The position numbers and the translations under genes are program-made. Below the pieces are notes generated by a model. The model was not told where the DNA came from, searched no databases, and worked only from the letters and a program-made list of their open reading frames with translations. From assembly GCA_963805855.1 (NCBI GenBank), contig CAWDVW010000005.1:448001-512000 (forward strand): 64,000 bases of DNA, given 5' to 3'. The number at the start of each line of letters is the position of its first letter. The first letter of the stretch is position 1. Source of the DNA: Candidatus Dadabacteria bacterium. GTDB lineage: Bacteria > Desulfobacterota_D > UBA1144 > Nemesobacterales > CSP1-2. Shown piece after piece: positions 1-9,983 of the stretch.

Positions 1-13
1 TACTTGAATCATG

Positions 14-28
14 TGCATGAATCATGCA
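14..28. promoter_or_regulatory. Palindromic operator upstream of vapBC (putative autoregulation site)
   Basis: Perfect inverted repeat TGCATGA-A-TCATGCA ending 11 bp before the antitoxin ATG. Confidence 0.6.
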
Positions 29-39
29 TATTAATACAT

Positions 40-243
40 ATGAGAACGACCTTGAACATTGACGACAATCTTTTAAAAAGGGCGTCAGAGCTTTCAGGCA
101 TAAGCGAAAAGACCTCTCTTGTGAAAGCCGGTCTTGAAGCATTAATCGTGATAGAGAGCGGAAAAAGGCTCGCTCGATTGGGCGGCACTGAAAAGCTAAT
201 TCGATCTGTGCCACGAAGAAGAGAAAGAGCTAAAAGACGCTAA
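40..243 (+). CDS. vapB: Type II TA antitoxin, VapB family
   Basis: MRTTLNIDDNLLKRA N-terminus; ATG at 40; directly upstream of a PIN toxin. Confidence 0.85.
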   Translation: MRTTLNIDDNLLKRASELSGISEKTSLVKAGLEALIVIESGKRLARLGGTEKLIRSVPRRRERAKRR

Positions 244-245
244 CG

Positions 246-611
246 ATGATCCTAGTCGACACTGCTGTATGGATCGGTCATTTCAGAAAAGGTAACGCCC
301 GTCTCAAAGAGCTACTCATCGAAGGGCACGTCGCCTGCCATCCCTTCATTATAGGCGAGCTTGCCTGTGGAGACCTTAAAAAGAGAGGTGAAATTATCTT
401 ATTACTTCACGCGCTTCCTACGGTGAATAGTATAAGCGACGATGAAGCGCTTTATTTGATCGAAGAAAAGCGCCTAATGGGCTTGGGGATTGGAATCGTA
501 GATGTACATTTACTCGCATCAGCAATAATATCGAATACGCCGCTATGGACAAGCGATAGCCGATTAAGAGAAGTAGCCACGAAACTTGATATACTTTATA
601 AAACAACATGA
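246..611 (+). CDS. vapC: Type II TA toxin, VapC/PIN domain
   Basis: MILVDTAVWI, GELACG, VDVHLLASA, LWTSD acidic PIN motifs. Confidence 0.9.
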   Translation: MILVDTAVWIGHFRKGNARLKELLIEGHVACHPFIIGELACGDLKKRGEIILLLHALPTVNSISDDEALYLIEEKRLMGLGIGIVDVHLLASAIISNTPLWTSDSRLREVATKLDILYKTT

Positions 612-660
612 TCCGAGAAAAACATTTACGATGTTACTCATCCTTTAGGAGAATCTCTAC

Positions 661-1464
661 ATGGAGTTAAAACCACTGGGGAATTCAGGAGTCACGGTTC
701 CCGCGATTGGGCTTGGAACATGGAACTACAGAGGTGGAGTCGACCCGCTCCGAAAGGGAATCGAGCTCGGAGCCACATTAATAGATACCGCCGAGGGTTA
801 CTACACTGAGGATGTCGTAGGCGAAGCAGTAAAGGGAATTCGAGACCAGGTTTTTATCGCAACTAAAGTTTCCGGGAGGCACCTGGATTATGACGGCGTT
901 CTGAGAGCAGCCGAGGGCAGCCTCATCCAGTTGGGAACCGATTATATTGACCTTTATCAGATACACTGGCCTAACCCACGCTTCCCGATTAAGGGGACGA
1001 TGAGAGCAATGGAAAAGCTTGTGGACGATGGAGTTGTTAATTATATTGGTGTGAGTAATTTTACACTCGAGGAGATAGAAGAGGCTCAGGCGTATATGAG
1101 ACATCATTCAATTGTTTCAAATCAGGTTTTGTATAATCTGAACAGCAGGGAAATTGAGCATGATCTATTACCATACTGCCAAAAGCAACGAATAACCATT
1201 CTAGCCTATACACCCCTGGACAATGGGAATTTGGCGAAAGGCTCAAGCCTTTTTAAGAGAAACAGATTGAAGGTATTAGAACAAATAGCATCAGAGACAA
1301 ATAAGACCAAGCCGCAAGTTGCTTTAAACTGGTGCATTTCGAAACCATATGTTATCGCAATACCAAAATCCGACAGCGTAAAGAGAACAATTGAGAACTG
1401 CGGTGCGTCGGGCTGGAGGCTCTCTCCGGAGCAAATAGATAGACTAAACGAAGCATTTTCATAA
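661..1464 (+). CDS. Aldo/keto reductase
   Basis: IGLGTW, IDTAEGY, IDLYQIHWP, IGVSNF, IPKS motifs. Confidence 0.92.
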   Translation: MELKPLGNSGVTVPAIGLGTWNYRGGVDPLRKGIELGATLIDTAEGYYTEDVVGEAVKGIRDQVFIATKVSGRHLDYDGVLRAAEGSLIQLGTDYIDLYQIHWPNPRFPIKGTMRAMEKLVDDGVVNYIGVSNFTLEEIEEAQAYMRHHSIVSNQVLYNLNSREIEHDLLPYCQKQRITILAYTPLDNGNLAKGSSLFKRNRLKVLEQIASETNKTKPQVALNWCISKPYVIAIPKSDSVKRTIENCGASGWRLSPEQIDRLNEAFS

Positions 1465-1466
1465 CC

Positions 1467-2450
1467 ATGCCATCCATCAAAGAGACAAGGAATCAAATGA
1501 TCCAGCTGGTATTCCCTGAGCATGCAAACACCGTAGGCACGCTTCATGGCGGAAGAGTTATGGACTGGATCATGCTAGCGGCAAGCATAACCTCATCCAG
1601 GATAGCAAAAGGTATAACAATCCTCGGAACAACCGACAGCATAGATTTTATTAATCCTATAAAGGTAGGTGAAATCACCATTCTAGATAGCTGGGTTGAG
1701 TACATAGGTAATAGTTCGCTAGAACTCGGAGTTAGGGTACACTCGGAAAACCCGGAAACAGGTGAGAAGAAATTAACGACAACCTCGCATTTAGCATTTA
1801 TAGCAGTTGATGAACAGGGAAATCCAAGAAGCGTAAAGGAAAAGATAACGCCGGCTGATGAAGTTGAGGAATCAATCTATCTCGAGGCCAAGAATAGAAA
1901 AGATGCCAGAATGCCCGAGTTGGCAAACAGAAACGAAATGGCGGAGAACCTTGTCGACGAAACAGAGGTGACCAGATTTAATCTGGAGACCATAAGGGCC
2001 GTTCTGCCAGACGACACATTCTACGGCAATTTTATGTCAGTCGGGAAACTCATGTTGGATATCGATGAGACTGCCGCAATACTTGCCGGACGATATGTTA
2101 AAGGATTAATAGTCACAGGTTCTCTCGACAATCTCTATTTCTACTCGCCAATAATCGTGGGAGATGTCATTATCCTCAAGGCAGGAATCAACTACGTTGG
2201 TAACACATCTTTGGAGGTCGGAATAAAAGTTCTTACTGAGGATCTGACCACAGGTGATCAGAAGCATACATGCACCGCCTTTCTCAGCTTCGTTCATATT
2301 GGTGATAACGGAAAACCAATACCCATCCCCGGTTTCAAGCCTGAGACACCTTATGAAATTAGGCTCTGGAAAGAGGCCGAAATCAGGAAGAAGAGGCGGG
2401 TTGAGAGGGTTAGAGAGATTAAAGAATCAGTTGGCAAGTTTTTACCCTAG
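1467..2450 (+). CDS. Double-hotdog acyl-CoA thioesterase
   Basis: Two hotdog repeats (HANTVGTLHGG; DTFYGNFMSVG...DIDE; G-x-S-L-E-x-G). Confidence 0.85.
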   Translation: MPSIKETRNQMIQLVFPEHANTVGTLHGGRVMDWIMLAASITSSRIAKGITILGTTDSIDFINPIKVGEITILDSWVEYIGNSSLELGVRVHSENPETGEKKLTTTSHLAFIAVDEQGNPRSVKEKITPADEVEESIYLEAKNRKDARMPELANRNEMAENLVDETEVTRFNLETIRAVLPDDTFYGNFMSVGKLMLDIDETAAILAGRYVKGLIVTGSLDNLYFYSPIIVGDVIILKAGINYVGNTSLEVGIKVLTEDLTTGDQKHTCTAFLSFVHIGDNGKPIPIPGFKPETPYEIRLWKEAEIRKKRRVERVREIKESVGKFLP

Positions 2451-2467
2451 TATTGGGATTGGACTAC

Positions 2468-2508
2468 CCCCACCTTAATCCTCCCCCTTCATCTATAGGG
2501 GGAGGAGA
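2468..2508. repeat. REP-like palindromic element / hairpin
   Basis: CCCCCACCTTAATCCTCCCCC...GGGGGAGGA; stem TCCTCCCCC/GGGGGAGGA. Confidence 0.5.
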
Positions 2509-2661
2509 CAATTTCCCCCCCCTTTTTGAGGCGAAGCGTAGAATCTCTTGCCCCTTGAGGGAAGAACTAGATGGCGTTGATTTTTTGGTTTCTAGGTATA
2601 CCATGTAAGTAAATTTACCGAAAAGATGTAAAAACAAGTTAAATAAATCTCATTCAAAACA

Positions 2662-2723
2662 GTAAACCCCGTTCACAGAATACGTAAACCGAGTTGACGC
2701 TAAAAGTTCAACTATGCTATAAT
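2662..2723 (+). promoter_or_regulatory. sigma70 promoter of the bEBP gene overlapped by two GTAAAC-N3-GTT(C/G)AC sites
   Basis: TTGACG 2694-2699, TGnTATAAT 2715-2723; sites GTAAACCCCGTTCAC (2662) and GTAAACCGAGTTGAC (2684). Confidence 0.65.
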
Positions 2724-2736
2724 TTTAACCATTACC

Positions 2737-4287
2737 ATGAGCCCAGGAAATAAGGACTCAGAATCCAGTTTCGTCAAAGAACACAACTCCCTCTTTAACC
2801 TCTCTCGTATGATTAATGCAGAAAGAGACCTAAACGTCCTTCTCGATTTTCTGGTGAAGGAGTCGTCAAGGATTGTAAACGCAGACAGGACAACGCTATT
2901 TCTTTATGACGAAAATACAGACCAGCTCTGGTCACACCTCGCAATGGGAACGTCTGAAATAATCAGATTTGACGCGAAGCTTGGGATAGCAGGCGAATCA
3001 CTTAAGAGTGGGAAAATCATAAACGTGAAAGATGCTTATTCGTACCCAAAATTTAACCCGGAAATAGACAAAAGGACTGGCTACAAAACAAAATCGATTC
3101 TATGCGTGCCATTGAAAGATTTAAAAGGAAAAACAATAGGAGTCTTGCAAACCCTCAATAAAAATGACGGATCGTTTACAAAGCAGGACGAAGAAACTTT
3201 GGAAATCTTTGCCTCAAATGCGGCCGTCGCAATCGAAAATGCACAGTTGATAAAGGAGCTCGAAGAAGCAAAATCTCGCATCCAGCGTGAAAACGTGGTT
3301 TTAAGAGATAAGGTAAAGGGCAAGTTCTTCACAAGCAAGATAATCGGAACGAGCAAGAGGATACAGGACGTGGTAAATCTTATAGAAAAGATTGCGGACA
3401 CTCCAATCAATATTCTGATCACAGGAGAGAGCGGCACCGGGAAGGAATTGGCTGCGCGCATGATCCACTTCAACAGCTCAAGGTCAAATAAACCCTTTGT
3501 GGACATTAACTGTGCCGCTCTTCCGGAGAGCTTACTGGAGAGCGAGCTCTTCGGTATAGAAAAAGGGGTTGCCACAGGTGTTGAAAGAAGAGAAGGAAAA
3601 TTCGAGATGGCAAATGGCGGCAGCCTCTTTCTCGACGAGATCGGAGATATGAGTCTTCCCGCTCAGGCTAGGCTTCTCCGTGTGATACAGGAACAGAGGG
3701 TAAGAAGGGTCGGTGGAAAACAAGATATATCGGTTGATGTGAGGATAATCGCGGCAACAAATAAAGATCTGATCAGTGAAATTAACAAAGACCTATTCAG
3801 AGAAGATTTATATTACCGACTAAATGTTGTTCACATCCGTATGCCGTCACTAAGAGAGATAAGAGAAGATATCCCTATACTCGCTAAACATTTCTTAAAT
3901 ATTTTTACAAGCGAACTGGGACATCGACAGATGCATTTCTCTCAAGAGGCTATGGATTGTATTACGAACTACAGCTGGCCTGGCAATGTAAGAGAGCTGG
4001 AAAACGAAATCAAAAGGGCCGTCATCCTGACAGAAAGCGATGCTATAGAAAAGACAGATCTTTCAGAACAAATCCAACGTGAGATGCAAGTAATGGGTTC
4101 TACACTTGTGAGGTCGTATGCAAGCGGAGATAGCCGATCTCTTAAAGAAACTGTCGAAGAAATTGAGATAGAAATGATAAAAGGCGCCCTGGAAAAAACA
4201 CGAGGAAACAAGCAGAAGGCATCAGAAATTCTTGGAATAACAAGGCAGGGATTGATAAAGAAGATAAAGAGATACGAGTTACTATGA
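2737..4287 (+). CDS. GAF-domain sigma54-dependent Fis-family transcriptional regulator (bEBP)
   Basis: N-terminal GAF (NKNDGSFTKQDE), Walker A GESGTGKE, Walker B LFLDEIG, FREDLYYRLNV, WPGNVREL, C-terminal HTH; GAFTGA loop reads GVATGV. Confidence 0.92.
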   Translation: MSPGNKDSESSFVKEHNSLFNLSRMINAERDLNVLLDFLVKESSRIVNADRTTLFLYDENTDQLWSHLAMGTSEIIRFDAKLGIAGESLKSGKIINVKDAYSYPKFNPEIDKRTGYKTKSILCVPLKDLKGKTIGVLQTLNKNDGSFTKQDEETLEIFASNAAVAIENAQLIKELEEAKSRIQRENVVLRDKVKGKFFTSKIIGTSKRIQDVVNLIEKIADTPINILITGESGTGKELAARMIHFNSSRSNKPFVDINCAALPESLLESELFGIEKGVATGVERREGKFEMANGGSLFLDEIGDMSLPAQARLLRVIQEQRVRRVGGKQDISVDVRIIAATNKDLISEINKDLFREDLYYRLNVVHIRMPSLREIREDIPILAKHFLNIFTSELGHRQMHFSQEAMDCITNYSWPGNVRELENEIKRAVILTESDAIEKTDLSEQIQREMQVMGSTLVRSYASGDSRSLKETVEEIEIEMIKGALEKTRGNKQKASEILGITRQGLIKKIKRYELL

Positions 4288-4465
4288 TCTAACTTTACAA
4301 TTTCAAAACAGAAAAACCCTACTCAACATCAATCAAAAGGGTTAGATTCTCGTACTAAACCGATTCCTTCATTTCTTAATACCTATTGATATTGGGAACA
4401 GAAAGACCCCATTACCTTACAAATCCTGCTATAATCATAAGTTGATATAATATGACGGGTGATTT

Positions 4466-5935
4466 ATGAGTACAACACACGATACCGTAACAGTTAACGA
4501 TATGCATTCAGAAGAGGAAACCTTAAGGGAAAAATTAAACCGGATGCATCTCTTCGCCGAGCTTTCAGCGGAACATATTAACAGCTTGGTCGCTAAATCT
4601 AAAGAGCAACATTTTTCACCAGGGACTGTTGTTTGCCGAGAGGGAGAATACGGCGACACGTTTTTTGCTATTCTTGAGGGTTCCGTAGAGATCACTATCA
4701 AAACCGCTGGGTACGACAGTTTGACTCTCGCCAACCTTGAAGAGGGTGACGTTTTCGGGGAAATGGCTGCATTATCAGGTTATCCAAGGAGTGCCACAGT
4801 TTCTGCCAAGGACGACTTACGCCTGCTAGAGATACCCTCAGAGGTTCTCAAGGAATTAATGAAGATTTCTCCTAAGTTCAGGGAAATAATCGAAGAAAAA
4901 TATACCGCACGAGCGGTTCGTACATATCTGAGAAAGGTACCGCTCTTTGGAAATTTGAGCGACACCATGCTCGAGGAACTGGAAGGTAAGGTCAAATTAA
5001 AATCATTCAATCAGTCGGATGTTATATTCAGGGAAGGCGATCCCGGTGATTCTCTATATATAATACGGAATGGATTCGTCAAGATAACAAAGCAAAGTGG
5101 GGATAAAGACCAGATAATCGCTTATCTTGCGCAGGGAAGCTACTTCGGGGAGATGGCACTTCTTGAAGATGAAAAACGAAGCGCAACGGTATCAGCCTTC
5201 ACAAAGGTTGAGACAATCCAGGTGGTAAAGGACGATTTTAACACACTGCTACTTACAGATCCAAAATTGGCTGAAGAGGTGAACGACATCATTATGGAGC
5301 GAAAGCTCAAGACCCTCGAGGTCCAGAGGGATCCGGCAAAGGCCGAGAGGCTTGAAACGCTGGTGGAGAAGGGAATTATACAGAGTGAGAGTCTTCTAAT
5401 CATTGACTTAGCAACCTGTATTCACTGTAACAATTGTGTTGAGGCCTGTGAGGACCGACATGGATATCCGCGCCTTGACAGGAGGGGAACACGGTTCGCC
5501 GAAATATCTGTTCCCGTTGCGTGTCGTCTTTGCCAAGACCCGGTTTGCCTTATCTGCAATTTCGATGCTATAAAAAGGGCGCCAACAGGCGAGATCTATG
5601 TGATAAATGATAAATGCATAGGGTGTGCGGGATGCGCAATTAGATGCCCATATAATGTTATCCAGATGGTCTCAACCAAGAAAGAGAGTAAATCTGGAGT
5701 GTTTGACATTATTGGAACCTTCTTTGGCAGGGACGAAAGACCGGCTGCGGAAGATGAGGAGGAGCGCAAACCTAAGCCGAAACGTATTGCGATTAAATGT
5801 GACAATTGTATGGGTTATAGCGATACCGCATGCACTAATAACTGCCCAACAAATGCCATTCGGTGGGTGAACCCCCTTGAATACTTTAGAGATCTTGAGG
5901 ATGTATTAACAAAACGGGGCAAATATCAATATTAA
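4466..5935 (+). CDS. Tandem cyclic-nucleotide-binding domains fused to a DmsB/NrfC-like 4Fe-4S polyferredoxin
   Basis: Two FGEMA...RSATV phosphate-binding cassettes; CIHCNNCVEAC, CRLCQDPVCLIC, CIGCAGCAIRC, CDNC...CTNNC. Confidence 0.88.
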   Translation: MSTTHDTVTVNDMHSEEETLREKLNRMHLFAELSAEHINSLVAKSKEQHFSPGTVVCREGEYGDTFFAILEGSVEITIKTAGYDSLTLANLEEGDVFGEMAALSGYPRSATVSAKDDLRLLEIPSEVLKELMKISPKFREIIEEKYTARAVRTYLRKVPLFGNLSDTMLEELEGKVKLKSFNQSDVIFREGDPGDSLYIIRNGFVKITKQSGDKDQIIAYLAQGSYFGEMALLEDEKRSATVSAFTKVETIQVVKDDFNTLLLTDPKLAEEVNDIIMERKLKTLEVQRDPAKAERLETLVEKGIIQSESLLIIDLATCIHCNNCVEACEDRHGYPRLDRRGTRFAEISVPVACRLCQDPVCLICNFDAIKRAPTGEIYVINDKCIGCAGCAIRCPYNVIQMVSTKKESKSGVFDIIGTFFGRDERPAAEDEEERKPKPKRIAIKCDNCMGYSDTACTNNCPTNAIRWVNPLEYFRDLEDVLTKRGKYQY

Positions 5936-5948
5936 ACATTTCAGGAAC

Positions 5949-6230
5949 TCAACAAAATATGTTCTTTTCTTCCTGATAAGTACGCATAACTTCCCGCAAG
6001 TCCTCGGGATCGAGTTGCTCAGATAGTCGCGTAGAGCCAACCAAGTCACAAAACATTACGGTCACCTGACGCCGTTCGGGTTCACGAGCTAAACGGTCAG
6101 TGACTCTAGTTTCGGAAGACAAGTCCAATGATCGTGGGGCAGTTGTGTCTCCTTTGACCAATCTTGTTCCACACTTCATGCAAAATAATGCTTCCTTAGG
6201 GTTGTCATACTCACAGTTTGGACATGGCAT
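5949..6230 (-). pseudogene. Truncated zinc ribbon-cyclase gene (5' remnant)
   Basis: CPNC...CMKC then ERRQVTVMFCDLVGSTRLSEQLDPEDLREVMR; homology ends abruptly at ~5971. Confidence 0.8.
5971..6079. repeat. 109-bp direct repeat, copy A (copy B at 9322-9430)
   Basis: 107/109 identical by manual alignment. Confidence 0.9.
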
Positions 6231-6266
6231 TTTAATTGCCTCTCTGAACTATTGAGATACGAGAAC

Positions 6267-9200
6267 CTATGACAATTCATCAAGAACTAGCTTCGCTTCC
6301 TTTAGATCTCTGGTGTTGAATCCTTCTTCAAACCAACTATAAATATTCAAAAGGATCTTCTTACCTTCTTCTGCTCTATCCGTGTTTTTCAGCCACCGTC
6401 CAAGGCTGGTCGCTGCTCGTAGTTCGAAAGACTTGGCTCCCTGTTCTTTAGCCAAAGTCAGTGATTTGAGCAGACATTCTTCAAAATTTTCGCGATCCTT
6501 TTTGGGAAGACCCTTAATTGAGCCCTTGGCGGTCATCTTAAGTAAGAGTAATTCGCCCTTTAGTCTCAATAGCTCGGGATCATAATTATGTTCGTTTTTT
6601 GATCTGGCGACTTCTAAAAGCTCTTCTACGAGTTTAAGACCCTGTTCAGGCATATTGGCTAAAATGTACAGTTCTGCAAGCATACTCATATAACCGGGGT
6701 CCTTATACCCCAATTTCTCCATCGAATCAGCAATAACAGAAATCCCTGCCCCGATTTCACCATTTTGCCCTAGTATCCAGCCCTTAAAGATTGATGCCCA
6801 TAACACATGAACCGGTAATTTTTTTAAGTTTGCATGTTCTATGATTAGATCAGCCTGCTTTTCAGTTTGTTCAATATCCCCTCTTTGCTTATGAATGAAT
6901 GCCGTAGCCATATGTGCGGTAATCAAACTGAAGTTATGAGATTGTGCCAACTTTATGGCTTCATATCCCGCCTTAATAGCCCTATCGGGATAACCCATTG
7001 TCCAACTGATTAAACACAAAGCCCTGTGGCAACACATGCCCGGGTCGTGCCCTCCATAATTGAAACAATGTGTTTCATGCATCTCCGGACTGTATAGCTT
7101 CCGTCCTTCTTCCAGGTGCTCATATGAGCGTTTATAATCGGGGATCAACATCAATGTGGTCCAAAGGGCATGGTGGGCCTGCAAAAGCAGCTCTTTGTCA
7201 TCTTCTTTCTTGGCGATCCTATAGAGCTTCTCACCGAGCTGAATTTCTACCTCTGTGTCTTGCGAGAAATGATAGCCTAGCCATACACCCCATAAAACGG
7301 GGAAAACGTCGGGTGAATCTCCGATCTGCTCACTTAGTGGCCATGCCCTGTCATAAATCTCCTTAGTTTGTTTAGACCCGTATCCAGTAGTTGCAAAGGA
7401 TGCTATTCCTAGATTCTTTAGTAACTTGAGCTCCCGATCTGAATTTTTTTCAGAAGCTGGCAATGAATCATACCAATCTAGGGCCTTACATAGGAATTCA
7501 TAGGCTTCTTTAAATGCGCCACTTCGAAGGGCTGTCTCACCAGCCAGTTGGAGATAATTAATGGTTTTGATAGCAGCTTCTCTATAGTCCATATTTTCTC
7601 CAGCCGCCAGAGCCCAGTGGTATGCTAAGATTGGGTAATAGGCCATTAAATCATTCTTATATTTTTTCTCATAAGCCATTGCAGCTCTATGATGATATTG
7701 CCTACGCTTGCTCTTAAGCAATGACTCATAAGCCGCGTCACATATTAGGGCATGTTTAAAGATGTATGTTGATTCAGGAGGAATGCCTTGTTGATAAAGT
7801 ATTTCCACATCGACTAACTGAGACAAAGAATCCCTTAACGTGTCATCATCCATGGATGATACTTCAGACAGCATCTCATAAGAAAATTCACGACCAAGCG
7901 TTGACGATAATTGTGCCACTTCCCTCACTGGTGCAAGGCGATCCAGCCTCGCCATTAGAGAGTCTTGTATAGATGAAGGTATTGCCAATGATGGTATTGA
8001 TCCTGTCACCTCATAATTCTCATCATGCTCTTTCAGAAAATCGGATTCCAACACCATCTTTGTCAATTCTTCCACGAAAAGTGGTACACCATCAGTTTTG
8101 GCAACCAACTGCTGAATGACTTCCCGCGGAAGCGACTTTCCCCCTGCTACACTCTTAGCCATAAGCTCAATATCCTTTGCAGATAGTCGAGTTAAATTTA
8201 TCTCTGTGATATTTTCTGAACTGTCCCAAGAATGGGTAAAATCCGGACGGAATGTCAAAAGAGTTAAAATTCGTGACTTAGAAATATCATCAAAGATGAG
8301 ACTCAACAACTCAAGTGTTGAAGGATCCACCCAATGCATGTCCTCCAATATGAATAAAACAGGAGAATTCTCCATCGCATTCCTTAGCCATTTAAGTAAG
8401 GCTTTCTGTGTCTTTTGCTTTTGAATCTGTGGAGATAAGTTAAGAGGCTGAATATCATTGTTAACCGGGATTGTAAGCAAAGAAGCAAAAAGTTGTAACG
8501 ATTCGTTTGTTGAAAAACCCATTTTCGCTTGACCTCTTTTAAGCTTCTCTAATTTTTTCTCAGGGGAATCTGCCTTACTTATCTCCAGAAATCGCTCTAG
8601 ATAATCAATCACAGGATATAGAAAACTATTCTGAAAATACGGTAAGCATCGGGCACTTATTATATGATGTGGCTCGTCAACTAAGCGGCCTTTTAAGACT
8701 TCTACAAGACGTGATTTGCCAATTCCAGCCTCTCCACTCAGGAGAACAAATTGTCCAAGACCTTCTTTAGCCTTCTCCCATGAAGCAAGCATAAGTTCAA
8801 TTTCCTTTTTCCTCCCCACAAGAGAAGTCAATCCTTTGGTGGTAGCTACTTCTAGGTGACTTTTTAAACCACTCTCTCCCACTACCTTATATGCTTCCAT
8901 AGGCTGGGATATGCCTTTTAGAGTGTGCTGACCCGTGGATTCACACTCAAAATAACCCTCGATAAGCCGATAAGTAGCTTTACTAATTACTACCGTGTCA
9001 GTCTCGGCAAGCCCCTGTAGGCGAGCCGCTATATTTGGTGTATCACCCACTATCGCCATCTGCTCACGCACCTCTCCCGCACCCATTTCCCCTGCTATTA
9101 CCAGCCCAGTGTGAATCCCTATTCGCACTTGTAGAGGCTGTTCTAATTGCTTTTTCTGGAGGGGAAGATCCCGCACCGACTGAACAACTTCTAGACCTGC

Positions 9201-9620
9201 ATGAACGGCCCTTCGGGCATCATCCTCATGTGCCTTCGGATATCCAAAGTAAACAAGGATGCCGTCACCTAGATACTTTGCTATATGTCCATCAAATCCT
9301 TTTATTACCTTTGCGCAAACCTCCTGATAAGCACGCATAACTTCCCGCAAGTCCTCGGGATCGAGTTGCTCAGAAAGTCGCGTAGAGCCAACCAAGTCAC
9401 AAAACATTACGGTCACCTGACGCCGTTCGGCATCTTGTTTTCGCTTATATATAGCTTCGTGTACTTCCTCTGAAAGAGTAGTCCCGCACTCTCCGCAGAA
9501 CTTCGATCCCGAGGGATTCTCAAAATTGCAATTAGGGCATAGTCGCCCGAGTGGACTACCACACTCATTACAAAACTTCATTCCATCCGGATTTTTAAAA
9601 CCGCATTTTGAGCAGGCCAT
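6267..9620 (-). CDS. Double zinc ribbon-class III cyclase-STAND/AAA ATPase-TPR protein
   Basis: CxxC x4, FCDLVGST, KYLGDG, GDTPNIAARL, Walker A GEAGIGKS, EDMHW, LMARLDRL, helical C-terminus. Confidence 0.92.
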   Translation of the reverse strand: MACSKCGFKNPDGMKFCNECGSPLGRLCPNCNFENPSGSKFCGECGTTLSEEVHEAIYKRKQDAERRQVTVMFCDLVGSTRLSEQLDPEDLREVMRAYQEVCAKVIKGFDGHIAKYLGDGILVYFGYPKAHEDDARRAVHAGLEVVQSVRDLPLQKKQLEQPLQVRIGIHTGLVIAGEMGAGEVREQMAIVGDTPNIAARLQGLAETDTVVISKATYRLIEGYFECESTGQHTLKGISQPMEAYKVVGESGLKSHLEVATTKGLTSLVGRKKEIELMLASWEKAKEGLGQFVLLSGEAGIGKSRLVEVLKGRLVDEPHHIISARCLPYFQNSFLYPVIDYLERFLEISKADSPEKKLEKLKRGQAKMGFSTNESLQLFASLLTIPVNNDIQPLNLSPQIQKQKTQKALLKWLRNAMENSPVLFILEDMHWVDPSTLELLSLIFDDISKSRILTLLTFRPDFTHSWDSSENITEINLTRLSAKDIELMAKSVAGGKSLPREVIQQLVAKTDGVPLFVEELTKMVLESDFLKEHDENYEVTGSIPSLAIPSSIQDSLMARLDRLAPVREVAQLSSTLGREFSYEMLSEVSSMDDDTLRDSLSQLVDVEILYQQGIPPESTYIFKHALICDAAYESLLKSKRRQYHHRAAMAYEKKYKNDLMAYYPILAYHWALAAGENMDYREAAIKTINYLQLAGETALRSGAFKEAYEFLCKALDWYDSLPASEKNSDRELKLLKNLGIASFATTGYGSKQTKEIYDRAWPLSEQIGDSPDVFPVLWGVWLGYHFSQDTEVEIQLGEKLYRIAKKEDDKELLLQAHHALWTTLMLIPDYKRSYEHLEEGRKLYSPEMHETHCFNYGGHDPGMCCHRALCLISWTMGYPDRAIKAGYEAIKLAQSHNFSLITAHMATAFIHKQRGDIEQTEKQADLIIEHANLKKLPVHVLWASIFKGWILGQNGEIGAGISVIADSMEKLGYKDPGYMSMLAELYILANMPEQGLKLVEELLEVARSKNEHNYDPELLRLKGELLLLKMTAKGSIKGLPKKDRENFEECLLKSLTLAKEQGAKSFELRAATSLGRWLKNTDRAEEGKKILLNIYSWFEEGFNTRDLKEAKLVLDELS
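9322..9430. repeat. 109-bp direct repeat, copy B
   Basis: Matches 5971-6079 except at 9332 and 9375. Confidence 0.9.
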
Positions 9621-9983
9621 GCCTCAACCCCCGAATTGGTCAAAGACTTTATCAATAAAAATTGAGTGGATTAACTGATTCAACAAACTCGAGCTCACCA
9701 CCGCCAAATCAATCCCATTTCAAATGCTTATTATCTAAAATTTGGTCCAAGAATGCAAGCTAACCAAAAATAACTCCTAGAATCGAAGCTGATTCAATAT
9801 ACCATTTATCCCAATATGTTTAATTTCCTTGGTTTGATGTTTGAGTAGGAAACTTTTATAATTTCGTATCATCTAATTAACAATTTTCTTCCTTTTGGGT
9901 GGATGAGATCGATTTGGCTGAAGTGGAGAGGCCATTTTGACCTGTGATCTTCTCAATAATCTGAGTACACCAGGACTTAATCA

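Noticed and set aside
5971-9430. DGR template/variable repeat pair (both mismatches fall at coding-strand adenines of the 5971 copy)
   Set aside because: Only two differences, no reverse transcriptase or Avd in the window, and the region is a conserved catalytic segment rather than a C-terminal variable domain
4466-9620. Pycsar/CBASS-type defence operon
   Set aside because: The cNMP-binding protein has Fe-S domains rather than TIR or TM effectors, and the genes are convergent rather than co-transcribed
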